A stretch of 64,000 nucleotides of DNA from Halarcobacter sp. (GTDB lineage: Bacteria; Campylobacterota; Campylobacteria; Campylobacterales; Arcobacteraceae). The first letter of the stretch is position 1. Every line of letters begins with the position of its first letter. This document shows, one piece after another, positions 17,114 through 28,067 of the stretch. The notes beneath the pieces were generated by a model. That model was not told where the DNA came from. It was given only the letters and a program-made list of their open reading frames with translations, and ran no database searches. The stretch is from the NCBI GenBank assembly GCA_963676565.1, contig OY781089.1, forward strand, positions 160,001 through 224,000, written 5' to 3'. Position numbers and translations under genes: made by a program.

Positions 17114-17452
17114 ATGCAAAAAGAAGCAAAAATTTTATGGACAACGGATAATAAAGAGACAGCTGAACATATGGTTTTACTTTATGCACATAATGCAAAA
17201 CTAAAAGGGTGGATGGATGAAGTCACTGTTTTAGTTTGGGGAGCCTCTCAACAATTAATAGCCCAAGATGAAGAGATTCAAAAAAAAGTAAAAGCTATGA
17301 TAGATGATGGTATAAATGTTGTTGCATGTTTGAAATGTGCTGAAAATATGGAGATAGAAGATGGCTTAAATGCTTGTAATATTGATGTATTTTACACTGG
17401 GGAATTATTAAGTGAGTGGATAAAATCAGGAGACACAATAATTACTGTTTAA
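17114..17452 (+). CDS. DsrE-like protein
   Basis: VLVWGAS...VVACLKCA pattern. Confidence 0.7.
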   Translation: MQKEAKILWTTDNKETAEHMVLLYAHNAKLKGWMDEVTVLVWGASQQLIAQDEEIQKKVKAMIDDGINVVACLKCAENMEIEDGLNACNIDVFYTGELLSEWIKSGDTIITV

Positions 17453-17514
17453 ATACTTAATAAAATAGTTTAATTTTCTTTGTAATTTTTTGATAAACTA
17501 CGAAAAATATTTTA

Positions 17515-18657
17515 TTGGAGAATTACTTGCGAGATTTTGAACTTGAAACATACTTCTCAAAATGGGAGTTTAATGCAAAATACCATATGACCCCATCAGA
17601 TATGGGAAGTATGACCTTAGATGAACTTTTAAAAATGGCAACACCTAAACAAAAAGAGGAATTTAATAATCTTTATTTAGGATATACAGAGATTTGGGGA
17701 GATAAAGAGTTACTTCAAGAAATTTCAAAAACCTATGAAAATATAAAACCTGAAAATATCCTTTGCTTTGCAGGTGCGGGAGAAGGTATTTATATCACTA
17801 TGAGAACAATGCTTAACAAAGATGACCATGCAATTGTTGTTGTTCCAAACTACCAAAGTGCCGAAACAATCCCTTTAGAGATTTGTCAAGTAAGCGGTAT
17901 AGAGCTAAAAGATGAAAACAATTGGCAGTTAGATATTAAAGAACTTGAATCTTTAATCCAAGAGAATACAAAACTTATAGCTATAAATTTCCCACACAAT
18001 CCATCGGGAACTGTATTATCAAAAGAAACCCTTGATGAACTTATAAATTTATGTAGAAAAAATGACATATATTTATTTAGTGATGAAGTTTTTAGAGAAC
18101 TTGAAAGGAATGAAAAAGATACTATGCCTCAGATTGCAGATGTATATGAAAAAGGTCTTTCTTTAAATGTATTATCAAAATCTTACGGTTTCCCTGGACT
18201 TAGAATTGGTTGGATTGCTTCAAAAGATAAAGAAGCTTTAATTAAAATGGAAAAATACAAACACTATATCTCTTTATGTAATTCTGCTCCAAGTGAAAAA
18301 CTAGCAATAATAGTTTTACAAAACAAAGAAAAAATCATAAAAAGAAATAAAGAAATTGCTTCTAATAACCTTGATAAACTAGAAGAGTTTTTTCTAAGTT
18401 ATCCAAAACTATTTCAATGGAAAAGACCAAAAGGTGGTTCAATTGCCTATGTAAAATACTTAGGAGAAGATGGAGTTGAAAACTTTTGTAAATCTTTGAT
18501 TGAAGAAAGCGGTGTATTATTACTTCCTGCTTCTATTTATAAATCACAACTTCTTGAGACCTCAAAAGAGCACTTTAGAATTGGCTTTGGTAGAAACAAG
18601 ATTTTTGAAGCTGGTTTAGAAGCTATGAAAAAACATATAGAAAAAAAATACTTATAA
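17515..18657 (+). CDS. PLP-dependent aminotransferase class I/II
   Basis: NFPHNPSG, SDEVF, SKSYGFPGLRIGW. Confidence 0.92.
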   Translation: MENYLRDFELETYFSKWEFNAKYHMTPSDMGSMTLDELLKMATPKQKEEFNNLYLGYTEIWGDKELLQEISKTYENIKPENILCFAGAGEGIYITMRTMLNKDDHAIVVVPNYQSAETIPLEICQVSGIELKDENNWQLDIKELESLIQENTKLIAINFPHNPSGTVLSKETLDELINLCRKNDIYLFSDEVFRELERNEKDTMPQIADVYEKGLSLNVLSKSYGFPGLRIGWIASKDKEALIKMEKYKHYISLCNSAPSEKLAIIVLQNKEKIIKRNKEIASNNLDKLEEFFLSYPKLFQWKRPKGGSIAYVKYLGEDGVENFCKSLIEESGVLLLPASIYKSQLLETSKEHFRIGFGRNKIFEAGLEAMKKHIEKKYL

Positions 18658-18688
18658 ATTAAACTAAGATAATTTATCTTAGTTTAAT
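18658..18688. terminator. Bidirectional terminator candidate
   Basis: 15-bp inverted repeat ATTAAACTAAGATAA-T-TTATCTTAGTTTAAT between convergent genes. Confidence 0.6.
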
Positions 18689-20534
18689 ATTTAACACTTC
18701 CAATAATTTTCTTTGAAACTATATCTGCTGATTTTATAATAACTCTTATTTTACTAAACAGCACCTGACCTTTATAATTATCAAGATATATTTTTGCCCC
18801 TGGAATTTGTCCACTTGTTACACATATTCCTCTCTCATTATCACTAATTCTTGCTTTTACTTCTAGGCCTATATTTTTTAAAGCCCATCTTGCATATTTT
18901 CTATCTTCATAATCCCAAACCATTTGATCTATTTTTCGCTCTTGAACTGAAATATGCTCACAAATCTCATCGATATTTTTTGGAGTTTGTTTTGATTTTA
19001 AGATTCTATGTAAAACTAAATCTGAATATCTTCTAATTGGACTTGTAAAGTGGGAATATGATTTAAAACCTAAACCAAAATGGCCTAAATTTTTAGATGA
19101 ATATTTTGCTTGGGTTTGAGCATGAATAATCAAATCATCAATCTCTTCCCTTAAGCTAGAATGTTTTGCTTTTTCTTGAATATGAGTGATAGTATCATGT
19201 ACATCATTTTGTAATTTTGCTTTTATTCCTAAAGCATTTACATCATCAATTAGTTTTGAGATTGCCTTAAAAGGTGGCTCTTCATGGATTCTAAAAATCC
19301 CAACTGTATTTACTTTTTTACTAGCTTCAATATTTGCTAATAACATACACTCTTCAACCAATTGATGAGAAGCAGAAGAGGTTTCAACTTCAATACTTTG
19401 TATCTCACTTTTATTATCAAGCTTAAGTCTATTTTCACTTGATCTAAAATCATAACCCTTTTCTAATCTTTTCTTTCTAAAAGATTTTGTTACCTCATAT
19501 AAAGGGATAAGATAATCAAAAATATCTTTTTCTTGTTTGGTATAAGTATCAAGCTTCTCATCTAAAACTCTATCGATTCTTCCATAAGAAAACTTTCTAT
19601 GAGAATTTATAATTGCTTCAAAAACTTCACTTTTTTTAATGCTCATATTGTGTACATCTAAATAAATTTTAAAAACATAAGAGTATCTATTAACATTTTC
19701 TTTTAATGAGCATAAATCTTCACTTAGTTCATTTGGAAGCATAGGTAAAACTTTGCCAGGCAAATATGCAGAAAGACTCTTTTTAAAAGCTTCTTTATCA
19801 ATTTCGCTTCCCTCTTTTACAAAATAAGAAACATCAGCAATTGCCACATACAAGATATTTTCAATAAAATCAAAATAAATAGCATCATCATGATCTTTTG
19901 CACTAGCAGGGTCAATGGTACAAAAAGGAAGCTGTGTTAAATCAACTCTTTGATTTTTATCATCCATTTTTGCATCAACTTCTAGTTTTTTGTATCTGTA
20001 ATCTTCTTTAAACAAAATTGTAGATATTTTTTCATCAATCCTAGCATCACTAATATTTCCAAGATTTTGTGAAACTTCAAAAGATTTTGAATCTACCAAT
20101 AAAACATCACCTTCATTTGCATGAATTTGTGTTTTGTTTTGAAGCATAATATTTTCTTTGATTGTGAAATAATTGTCATTTTTTACAAAAACTAAAATCT
20201 CACTTTTATTTCCATCAAACACTTTTACAATTTTTGCTTTGATTTTACTTCTAGGATTAAAAACTCTTTTTGCTAAAACAAAATCTCCATCATATGCACC
20301 ATTTAACTGTTCAAAATCTAAATTTAGATTTTTATGCTCATTATCTAAATCCTCTAAAACAGCTTTATTTTTTTGAACTTTTATTGTACCCACTCGATAT
20401 TTTGAATTTAGCTCAAATCTATTATTATTTTCATTTACAATGTCATCTTTTATAAATTCATTTAGTATTTTTCTCTCTTCTTCTGTGAAATCATCTTCAT
20501 TATTAACTAGTTTTATAAATAAGTTTTTTATCAA
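18684..20534 (-). CDS. rnr: Ribonuclease R (RNB domain)
   Basis: TIDPASAKDHDDA, HFTSPIRRYSDL. Confidence 0.92.
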   Translation of the reverse strand: MIKNLFIKLVNNEDDFTEEERKILNEFIKDDIVNENNNRFELNSKYRVGTIKVQKNKAVLEDLDNEHKNLNLDFEQLNGAYDGDFVLAKRVFNPRSKIKAKIVKVFDGNKSEILVFVKNDNYFTIKENIMLQNKTQIHANEGDVLLVDSKSFEVSQNLGNISDARIDEKISTILFKEDYRYKKLEVDAKMDDKNQRVDLTQLPFCTIDPASAKDHDDAIYFDFIENILYVAIADVSYFVKEGSEIDKEAFKKSLSAYLPGKVLPMLPNELSEDLCSLKENVNRYSYVFKIYLDVHNMSIKKSEVFEAIINSHRKFSYGRIDRVLDEKLDTYTKQEKDIFDYLIPLYEVTKSFRKKRLEKGYDFRSSENRLKLDNKSEIQSIEVETSSASHQLVEECMLLANIEASKKVNTVGIFRIHEEPPFKAISKLIDDVNALGIKAKLQNDVHDTITHIQEKAKHSSLREEIDDLIIHAQTQAKYSSKNLGHFGLGFKSYSHFTSPIRRYSDLVLHRILKSKQTPKNIDEICEHISVQERKIDQMVWDYEDRKYARWALKNIGLEVKARISDNERGICVTSGQIPGAKIYLDNYKGQVLFSKIRVIIKSADIVSKKIIGSVKY

Positions 20535-20592
20535 TTTTTTACCTTCATTTTTATTACATTTACTGTATAATTGTTATTACGAGGATATTAAA

Positions 20593-21354
20593 ATGCAATA
20601 TAGAATCATACTCTCATTCATCTTAACATTTTTATTCATAAACAACTTATTAGCACAAAAACCAACTTTGATATTTTATTGTGGGATTACCATGGTAAAA
20701 CCTATTACAGAAATGGCAAAAATCATAGAAAAAAAACACAACTGTACAATCAAAATATCTCAAGGTGGTTCAAAAGATTTATATGATTCAATTAAATATT
20801 CAAAAAAAGGTGACTTGTTTCTTCCTGGAAGCCAATCATATAGATCAAATAACTTAGAAGATGGATTTTTGAGCGACTTCGTAGAAATAGGCTACAACAA
20901 AGCCGCAATTTTTGTAAAAAAAGGCAACCCTTATAAAGTTAGTTCTTTAGATGATTTTTTAAGTGAAGATTATGCATCAGTCTTATGTGATTCAGAATCA
21001 GGAAGTATTGGTAGGATGACAAAAGATATTTTTTTAAATTATAAAGGTATCCATTTTTATGAAGAAGTTTTAGACAATACCGTTGAGATAGGAACTGATT
21101 CAAGAAATTTAAACAAAGCTCTAATAGATAGTAGAGCAGACATTTCAATAAACTGGAGGGCAACTTCTTTTTGGAATGAAAATAAAAAACATATTGATAT
21201 TATTGAGATTGATGATAAATATGCACCTAAAAAAAAGCTTATGATTTCCCTTTTAAAGTTTTCAAAAAACAAAGAGATTGCAAAAGATTTTATGAATTTT
21301 GCTATTTCTAAAGAGGGGCAAGAAATAATGAAAAAATATGGATTTTTAAAGTAA
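20593..21354 (+). CDS. ModA-like periplasmic substrate-binding protein
   Basis: Start ATG 20593 after GAGGA; signal peptide; YCGITM, GGSKDL and GDLFLPGS motifs. Confidence 0.75.
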   Translation: MQYRIILSFILTFLFINNLLAQKPTLIFYCGITMVKPITEMAKIIEKKHNCTIKISQGGSKDLYDSIKYSKKGDLFLPGSQSYRSNNLEDGFLSDFVEIGYNKAAIFVKKGNPYKVSSLDDFLSEDYASVLCDSESGSIGRMTKDIFLNYKGIHFYEEVLDNTVEIGTDSRNLNKALIDSRADISINWRATSFWNENKKHIDIIEIDDKYAPKKKLMISLLKFSKNKEIAKDFMNFAISKEGQEIMKKYGFLK

Positions 21355-21358
21355 CATC

Positions 21359-23383
21359 ATGAATAAAAAAAATAAAGACAATACCTTACAACAATTGATT
21401 TTATTGTTAGCAATATTTATTTTAGGTATTTTTTCACTAATTTTAATCCATATATTTTTCTTAAATTTAGTAGATAATCTTGATAAAAAAACTGACAATT
21501 TAAAAGCAAAAATTGCCATTGGGGAATATATTGTAAATGATATAAATATGATTCGTTCTGACTTTTACGAACTTGCTACAACAGCAACAAATAGAAGAGG
21601 AAGGGAGATAATAAATAATAGAATTATTGAAAAAGTAAAACTAATGGAAGATGCCCTTGAAGTTCTTAGAAATGGAGGAACAATAAAAAGGCTTATTAGA
21701 TTAAATGTAGTTGAACACAATAGTATTACAAAAAAAATTGTTTATAAAAAAGATGCCAATGACATTTTATTGGAAGTTATTGATTTATCTCCAAAAATCC
21801 ATCAATTTAAACAGATGTTACAAAAATTGAATATCATGTTACAAACACAATATTTTTATAGAAAAAACAAAGATGTTTATAACTTTATGGAACTAAACAC
21901 TCAAATAAAAAGATTTTATAAAAGAACTCCTGCTTTTTTCATAAGAATATCTGAAAATGCAAGTAGACTCTTATATGAAGGCTCACTTGAACTTGAAAAA
22001 CTTGAAAATCATATTAAAAAACAAAAAGAGTATTATATAAATATCGAACTTACAGTGATTTTCTTAATAGTTTTACTATCTTTGATAATAGGTTCAATAA
22101 TCGCATTTAGGATAAATAGAAACACCAAACTCTTAGAAAGACAAGAGAGTTTTACAAGAGGAACATTGGATTCCCAAGACAATATTGTAATTGTAAGTGA
22201 TGGTGAAAAAATGATTGATGCAAATAGTGCCCTAATCAACTTTTTTGATAGTTACAAAAACTTTAATGAATTTGAAAAAGAACACAAGTGTATATGTAAT
22301 TTTTTTGAAGAGGGTATTGGTGAAAATCTAATTACAGGAAAGTATGTCGATGAAACATTATGGTATGAATATATTATCTTAAACCCTGACTCAAGTCACA
22401 GGGTTATTATGAAAAAGAATGGAAAAAGTTACTACTTTATAATCACTGCCACAAAAAAAGATTTAGATAACAACGACTCAATTATAATCGTTACTCTAAA
22501 CGATATCACTAAAGAAATAGAGATTCAAAAAAGACTAAAACATCTAAATGAAAATCTAGAAGATTTAGTTGATGAGAAAACAAAAGAGTTACAAGTTCTA
22601 AATGAAAACCTTGAAAAAAGGGTTCACCAAGAGCTTGAAGAGAATAGAAAAAAAGATAGAACATTAATCCAACAATCAAGATTTGCAGCATTAGGTGAAA
22701 TGTTAGGAAATATAGCCCATCAATGGAGACAACCTTTATCTGCAATTAGCTCAACTGTTAGCTCTATGAAGATTCAATTAGAACTTGACTTAGCTTCCAA
22801 AGAAGAGATAAATAAATCCTATGATTCAATAACAAAATATGTTGACTTTTTAGATCAGACAATTGATGATTTTAGAGGATTTTTTAGAAAAGATAAAGAA
22901 AAAGTTGAGTTTGATATTCTAAAAAAGATACAAAACTCAATAACTATTACAAGTGCAACATACAAAGATAACTCAATTCAAGTTGAAATTAAAAAAGATA
23001 GTGACTCTTACTATGCCTTTGGTTTGCCAAATGAATTAACCCAAGTTTTTTTAAATATTTTAAATAATGCAAAAGATATCTTAATAGAAAGAAAAATAGA
23101 TAATAGAATAGTTTTTATCAAAATAAGTCAGTCAGCGCAAAACTTTATTATTAAGATTTTTGATAATGCAGGTGGAGTTGATGAAGATATTATCCAAAAA
23201 GTTTTTGACCCATATTTTACTACAAAACATAAATCACAAGGTACAGGTATTGGACTTTATATGAGTAAATATATTATTGAAAAAAATATGAATGGACAAC
23301 TTAGTGTTGAAAATGAACACTTCAAGATTGATGATAAAGAGTATTATGGAGCATGCTTTAAAATTAAATTACCTAAATTTTAG
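21359..23383 (+). CDS. Membrane sensor histidine kinase with PAS-like domain
   Basis: 2 TM segments; GNIAHQWRQPL H-box, DNAGG, GTGIGLY. Confidence 0.92.
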   Translation: MNKKNKDNTLQQLILLLAIFILGIFSLILIHIFFLNLVDNLDKKTDNLKAKIAIGEYIVNDINMIRSDFYELATTATNRRGREIINNRIIEKVKLMEDALEVLRNGGTIKRLIRLNVVEHNSITKKIVYKKDANDILLEVIDLSPKIHQFKQMLQKLNIMLQTQYFYRKNKDVYNFMELNTQIKRFYKRTPAFFIRISENASRLLYEGSLELEKLENHIKKQKEYYINIELTVIFLIVLLSLIIGSIIAFRINRNTKLLERQESFTRGTLDSQDNIVIVSDGEKMIDANSALINFFDSYKNFNEFEKEHKCICNFFEEGIGENLITGKYVDETLWYEYIILNPDSSHRVIMKKNGKSYYFIITATKKDLDNNDSIIIVTLNDITKEIEIQKRLKHLNENLEDLVDEKTKELQVLNENLEKRVHQELEENRKKDRTLIQQSRFAALGEMLGNIAHQWRQPLSAISSTVSSMKIQLELDLASKEEINKSYDSITKYVDFLDQTIDDFRGFFRKDKEKVEFDILKKIQNSITITSATYKDNSIQVEIKKDSDSYYAFGLPNELTQVFLNILNNAKDILIERKIDNRIVFIKISQSAQNFIIKIFDNAGGVDEDIIQKVFDPYFTTKHKSQGTGIGLYMSKYIIEKNMNGQLSVENEHFKIDDKEYYGACFKIKLPKF

Positions 23384-23430
23384 CTTTACTTGGATATAAT
23401 CGTCCACAAAATTTTCTAGAGGAATATTAA

Positions 23431-24453
<1,023 letters not shown>

Positions 24454-24459
24454 TTTTTT

Positions 24460-24487
24460 AAAGTAAGGGATTTTTTCCCTTACTTTT
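24460..24487 (+). terminator. Intrinsic terminator after ilvC
   Basis: AAAGTAAGGGA-TTTTT-TCCCTTACTTTT. Confidence 0.75.
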
Positions 24488-24501
24488 ATTACACTGCATA
24501 G

Positions 24502-25614
24502 ATGACAAAAAGAAAAAATAGAAAAACTCAAAAAAGAAAATCTACTAAAAAGCATATAAAAAAGCCTAGTAATACTAAACTTATAAATATTCTTTTAATT
24601 ATAATTATCTTCTTAATTATACTTATAGGAATTATTCTTTTTAATCTTGATTCTAAAAGATTGAAAGAGGTTAATTCTACGGCAAAAGAAACAACAAAAA
24701 AAGTTGAGAAAACTGTAAATAAAGAGCTTGATAAATATATTGATGAAATAAAGATAAAAAAAGATAAATTTGAAGAATACACAGATCATTTTTATGAAGA
24801 ATATATTGATAAAGAGACTGTAGAAAAACTAAAAGAACAAGTTGAATCTGTTAAACAAGAGATTCAAAAACCTAATGTACCTGATACTAAAGAGGAAGTA
24901 AAAAAAGAGACTCCTAAACAAACTATTGTAAAAGATACTCCAAAAGCAGTTTTAACTAATAAACCAAAACTAGCAATTGTAATAGATGATGTCACAACTT
25001 CATATCAATTAAATAAAATAAAAAATATAGGATATAAAGTTACTCCATCTTTTATGCCTCCAACAAAAAAGCATCCAAACTCTGCAAAAATTGCCCAAGA
25101 TTTAGAATTTTATATGATACATTTTCCACTACAAGCAACATCTTTTAATAATGAAGAATCAAATACTTTACATATAGATGATAACTATGAAAGAATAGAA
25201 AAAAGAGTTGCACAAATTAGACAATGGTATCCAAATGCTAAATACACAAATAACCATACTGGAAGTAAATTTACTGAGAATAAAGAAGCCATGGATAAGC
25301 TTTTTAAAGCTTTAGTTAAATACAATTTTATTTTTATGGATAGTAGAACTACAGCAAAAACTGTAGCTAAACAAATGGCATCAAAATATCATATGCCTTA
25401 TATTGTAAGAAATGTATTTTTAGATAATGAACAAGATTTTAACTATATTCAAAATCAATTAAAAAAAGCTATAAAAATAGCGAAGAAAAATGGTTTTGCA
25501 ATTGCAATTTGCCACCCTCACTCAATAACTTTAAAAACTTTAAAAGAATCTAAACATCTTTTAAATGATTTAGAAATGGTTTACCTAAACCAATTACCTT
25601 TTTTAAATAAATAA
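24502..25614 (+). CDS. Divergent polysaccharide deacetylase family protein, membrane anchored
   Basis: LAIVIDDV, NNHTGS, DSRT, AICHP. Confidence 0.9.
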   Translation: MTKRKNRKTQKRKSTKKHIKKPSNTKLINILLIIIIFLIILIGIILFNLDSKRLKEVNSTAKETTKKVEKTVNKELDKYIDEIKIKKDKFEEYTDHFYEEYIDKETVEKLKEQVESVKQEIQKPNVPDTKEEVKKETPKQTIVKDTPKAVLTNKPKLAIVIDDVTTSYQLNKIKNIGYKVTPSFMPPTKKHPNSAKIAQDLEFYMIHFPLQATSFNNEESNTLHIDDNYERIEKRVAQIRQWYPNAKYTNNHTGSKFTENKEAMDKLFKALVKYNFIFMDSRTTAKTVAKQMASKYHMPYIVRNVFLDNEQDFNYIQNQLKKAIKIAKKNGFAIAICHPHSITLKTLKESKHLLNDLEMVYLNQLPFLNK

Positions 25615-25677
25615 TATAAATACTTATCTTAATCTTTTTTATGTATAATTTTATAAATTATATTTAAAAAGATTATT

Positions 25678-26445
25678 ATGACTAATGAAATCAACAATAC
25701 TATAACTGAATTAAATCTTATGAAAAAAGCTCCTAAAACTTTATATTATAGAGGAGATTTAAAGATCTTAGAAAAAAGAAAGATCTCTATTGTTGGTTCT
25801 AGAAAACCTTCAAAATATACAAATTTAATTACTCACAAAATTGCCAATGAATTAAGTAATAGAGATGTTGTTGTAATTAGTGGTGGTGCAATTGGTGTAG
25901 ATGCAATTGCCCATAAAGCAGCCAAAAGTGAAAATACTATCGCAGTAGTAGCAAATGGTTTAGATATAAAATATCCAGCTATAAATAAAAAACTTCTTGA
26001 TGAGATTGAAAAAAATGGTTTACTCTTAAGTGCATATAAAGATGGAGAAAAACCAAGAAACTATACCTTTGTTCAAAGAAACGAAATTGTTGTTGCCTTA
26101 GGTGAAGTGTTAATTGTAACACAAGCAGATGAAAACAGCGGCAGTTTAACATCTGTAAAATATGCCCTTGATATGGGGAAAAAGGTTTATACTATTCCCC
26201 ATAGATTAAATGAGAGTTTAGGCACTCTAAAACTTGTAGAAAAAGGTTTAATCGAGGTTATTTATGATTTAGATAAATTCTTAGATAATTTTGGAAAAAT
26301 AGAAAAAGAAAAAGATGAATTTACTATGTTTTTAAACACTTTCCCAAGTTATGAAGAAGCAATAAATAAATACTCTAATAAAATATTTGAGTATGAACTT
26401 GAAGGTAAAATCAAAATTGAAAATGGGAAAGTTTTTTTAATATGA
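25678..26445 (+). CDS. dprA: DNA processing protein A
   Basis: SIVGSR, ISGGAIGVDAIAH, FVQRNEIV. Confidence 0.93.
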   Translation: MTNEINNTITELNLMKKAPKTLYYRGDLKILEKRKISIVGSRKPSKYTNLITHKIANELSNRDVVVISGGAIGVDAIAHKAAKSENTIAVVANGLDIKYPAINKKLLDEIEKNGLLLSAYKDGEKPRNYTFVQRNEIVVALGEVLIVTQADENSGSLTSVKYALDMGKKVYTIPHRLNESLGTLKLVEKGLIEVIYDLDKFLDNFGKIEKEKDEFTMFLNTFPSYEEAINKYSNKIFEYELEGKIKIENGKVFLI

Positions 26446-26451
26446 TTTATT

Positions 26452-27336
26452 CTATCTATTTTGCCTTAATAAAAATATTGTAGCTAGGATAGATAAAATA
26501 ATTCCTATAAACATAAAGATATTGATTCTCTCAGCCTCAAAAATATACATAAGTAAAGCAACAACTGCTGGGTTTAAATATACATAGGCCATTACTTTAT
26601 TTGGTCCAAGGGATATAGTTGCTTTTTGATATAAAAATACAGTAAAAAGAGTTGCACCAATTGATAAATATAACATATAAAAAAGATAATTACTTTGTAT
26701 TTTTTCCCATTGTAAAGGTACATCTAAAACTATTAAAGCAATACTCATCCAAATAATACCACCTAATAAGGTCATCAAAGTCAAAACTAAAGTATTATCA
26801 CCCTCTTCAAAAAAGTACTTTACACTAATAGAGTATAAAGCCATAGATAAAACCCCAAATAAAAATATGATATCCCCATAATTAAATGTAAGTTTGATCA
26901 TAGCTTCTATACTTCCATCAAAAATAACTATCAAAGTACCAATCATACCTAAAAAATATGTTGCTACCTTATTTCTGTTTAATCTATCTTTGAAAACAAA
27001 TCCTGCTAAAAATGCAGTTAATAATGGCACTAGAGTGAATAAAGTAGCTGTATTTAATGCACTAGTATATTCTAAAGCTTTAAATAAAAGGATAAAATAC
27101 AAACTATAAAAAAGACTGATTTTAAGACCTTTTAAAAAACTATTTTTGATTTTTTCTCTAAATCTTTTCTTCATTAGAATAAAGGGTAATAAAGCAAAAA
27201 AAGCTAGTATAAATCTAAATAAAGTTAGAGAAATAGGATGTATAACACCTGATAATTTCCCTGAGACAATAAATGATAATGATACTAGAATTGTTGCAAT
27301 CAGCACTAAAATATGTGCTTTTATTTCTTCATTCAA
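26452..27336 (-). CDS. DMT/EamA family transporter
   Basis: About 10 TM segments in two EamA repeats; probable TTG start 27336 after AAGGAA. Confidence 0.88.
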   Translation of the reverse strand: MNEEIKAHILVLIATILVSLSFIVSGKLSGVIHPISLTLFRFILAFFALLPFILMKKRFREKIKNSFLKGLKISLFYSLYFILLFKALEYTSALNTATLFTLVPLLTAFLAGFVFKDRLNRNKVATYFLGMIGTLIVIFDGSIEAMIKLTFNYGDIIFLFGVLSMALYSISVKYFFEEGDNTLVLTLMTLLGGIIWMSIALIVLDVPLQWEKIQSNYLFYMLYLSIGATLFTVFLYQKATISLGPNKVMAYVYLNPAVVALLMYIFEAERINIFMFIGIILSILATIFLLRQNR

Positions 27337-27421
27337 AATAAATTCCTTTTTTTGATAGATTTTATTATAAAAAAAATATTTTGTCATTTACATATGTTGA
27401 TAAATTAGATAATCTATCAAA

Positions 27422-28006
27422 ATGAAAAATGAAGAGATATTTAACAGTTTAAAACAAACTATGGATTCTTATCATCCTTTGGGTGAAGAAACTTGGAATG
27501 AACTAAAAAAGATACTTACTATTAGAGAAATTAGAAAAGATGAATATGCATTTAACTTCAATGAAAAAATAAATGCCATATCTTATGTATACAAAGGCTT
27601 ATTTAGAGTTTTTGCAATGAATCAAAATGGGGAAGAATTTAATAAAAATTTCTTTTGGGAAACTAGAATTTATGGTGATATGATTGCACTATTAGATAAT
27701 AAGGAAACCCAAACATCAATACAAGCATTGGAAAACTCAATTGTAGTTGAAATTGCCCATGATAAATATAGACATCTACTTAATAAATATAATGACTTAA
27801 AAATGTATCATATCTATTATTTAGAGAAACACTGGATATTTCAAAAGGATAATATCAGTTATTCTTTAGTTTTAGAAGATGCCTATGATAGATATAAAAG
27901 ATTTTTAAAAGAGTATGGTCATATAGAAAAAAGATTATCTCAATACCATATAGCTTCATATCTTGGGATTAGCCCTACTCATCTAAGCAGGATTAAAAAA
28001 TATTAA
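27422..28006 (+). CDS. Crp/Fnr family transcriptional regulator
   Basis: cNMP-like barrel (IQALE) and HTH IASYLGISPTHLSRI. Confidence 0.88.
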   Translation: MKNEEIFNSLKQTMDSYHPLGEETWNELKKILTIREIRKDEYAFNFNEKINAISYVYKGLFRVFAMNQNGEEFNKNFFWETRIYGDMIALLDNKETQTSIQALENSIVVEIAHDKYRHLLNKYNDLKMYHIYYLEKHWIFQKDNISYSLVLEDAYDRYKRFLKEYGHIEKRLSQYHIASYLGISPTHLSRIKKY

Positions 28007-28067
28007 ATACTATTTAAAAGAAAAGCCCTAATATAACTAACCTAGGGCAATCTTTTATATCAATTTT

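Noticed and set aside
20440..20592. Apparent overlap of rnr with the ModA-like ORF
   Set aside because: The real start is ATG 20593 with an RBS and signal peptide; the overlap is an ORF-calling artefact.
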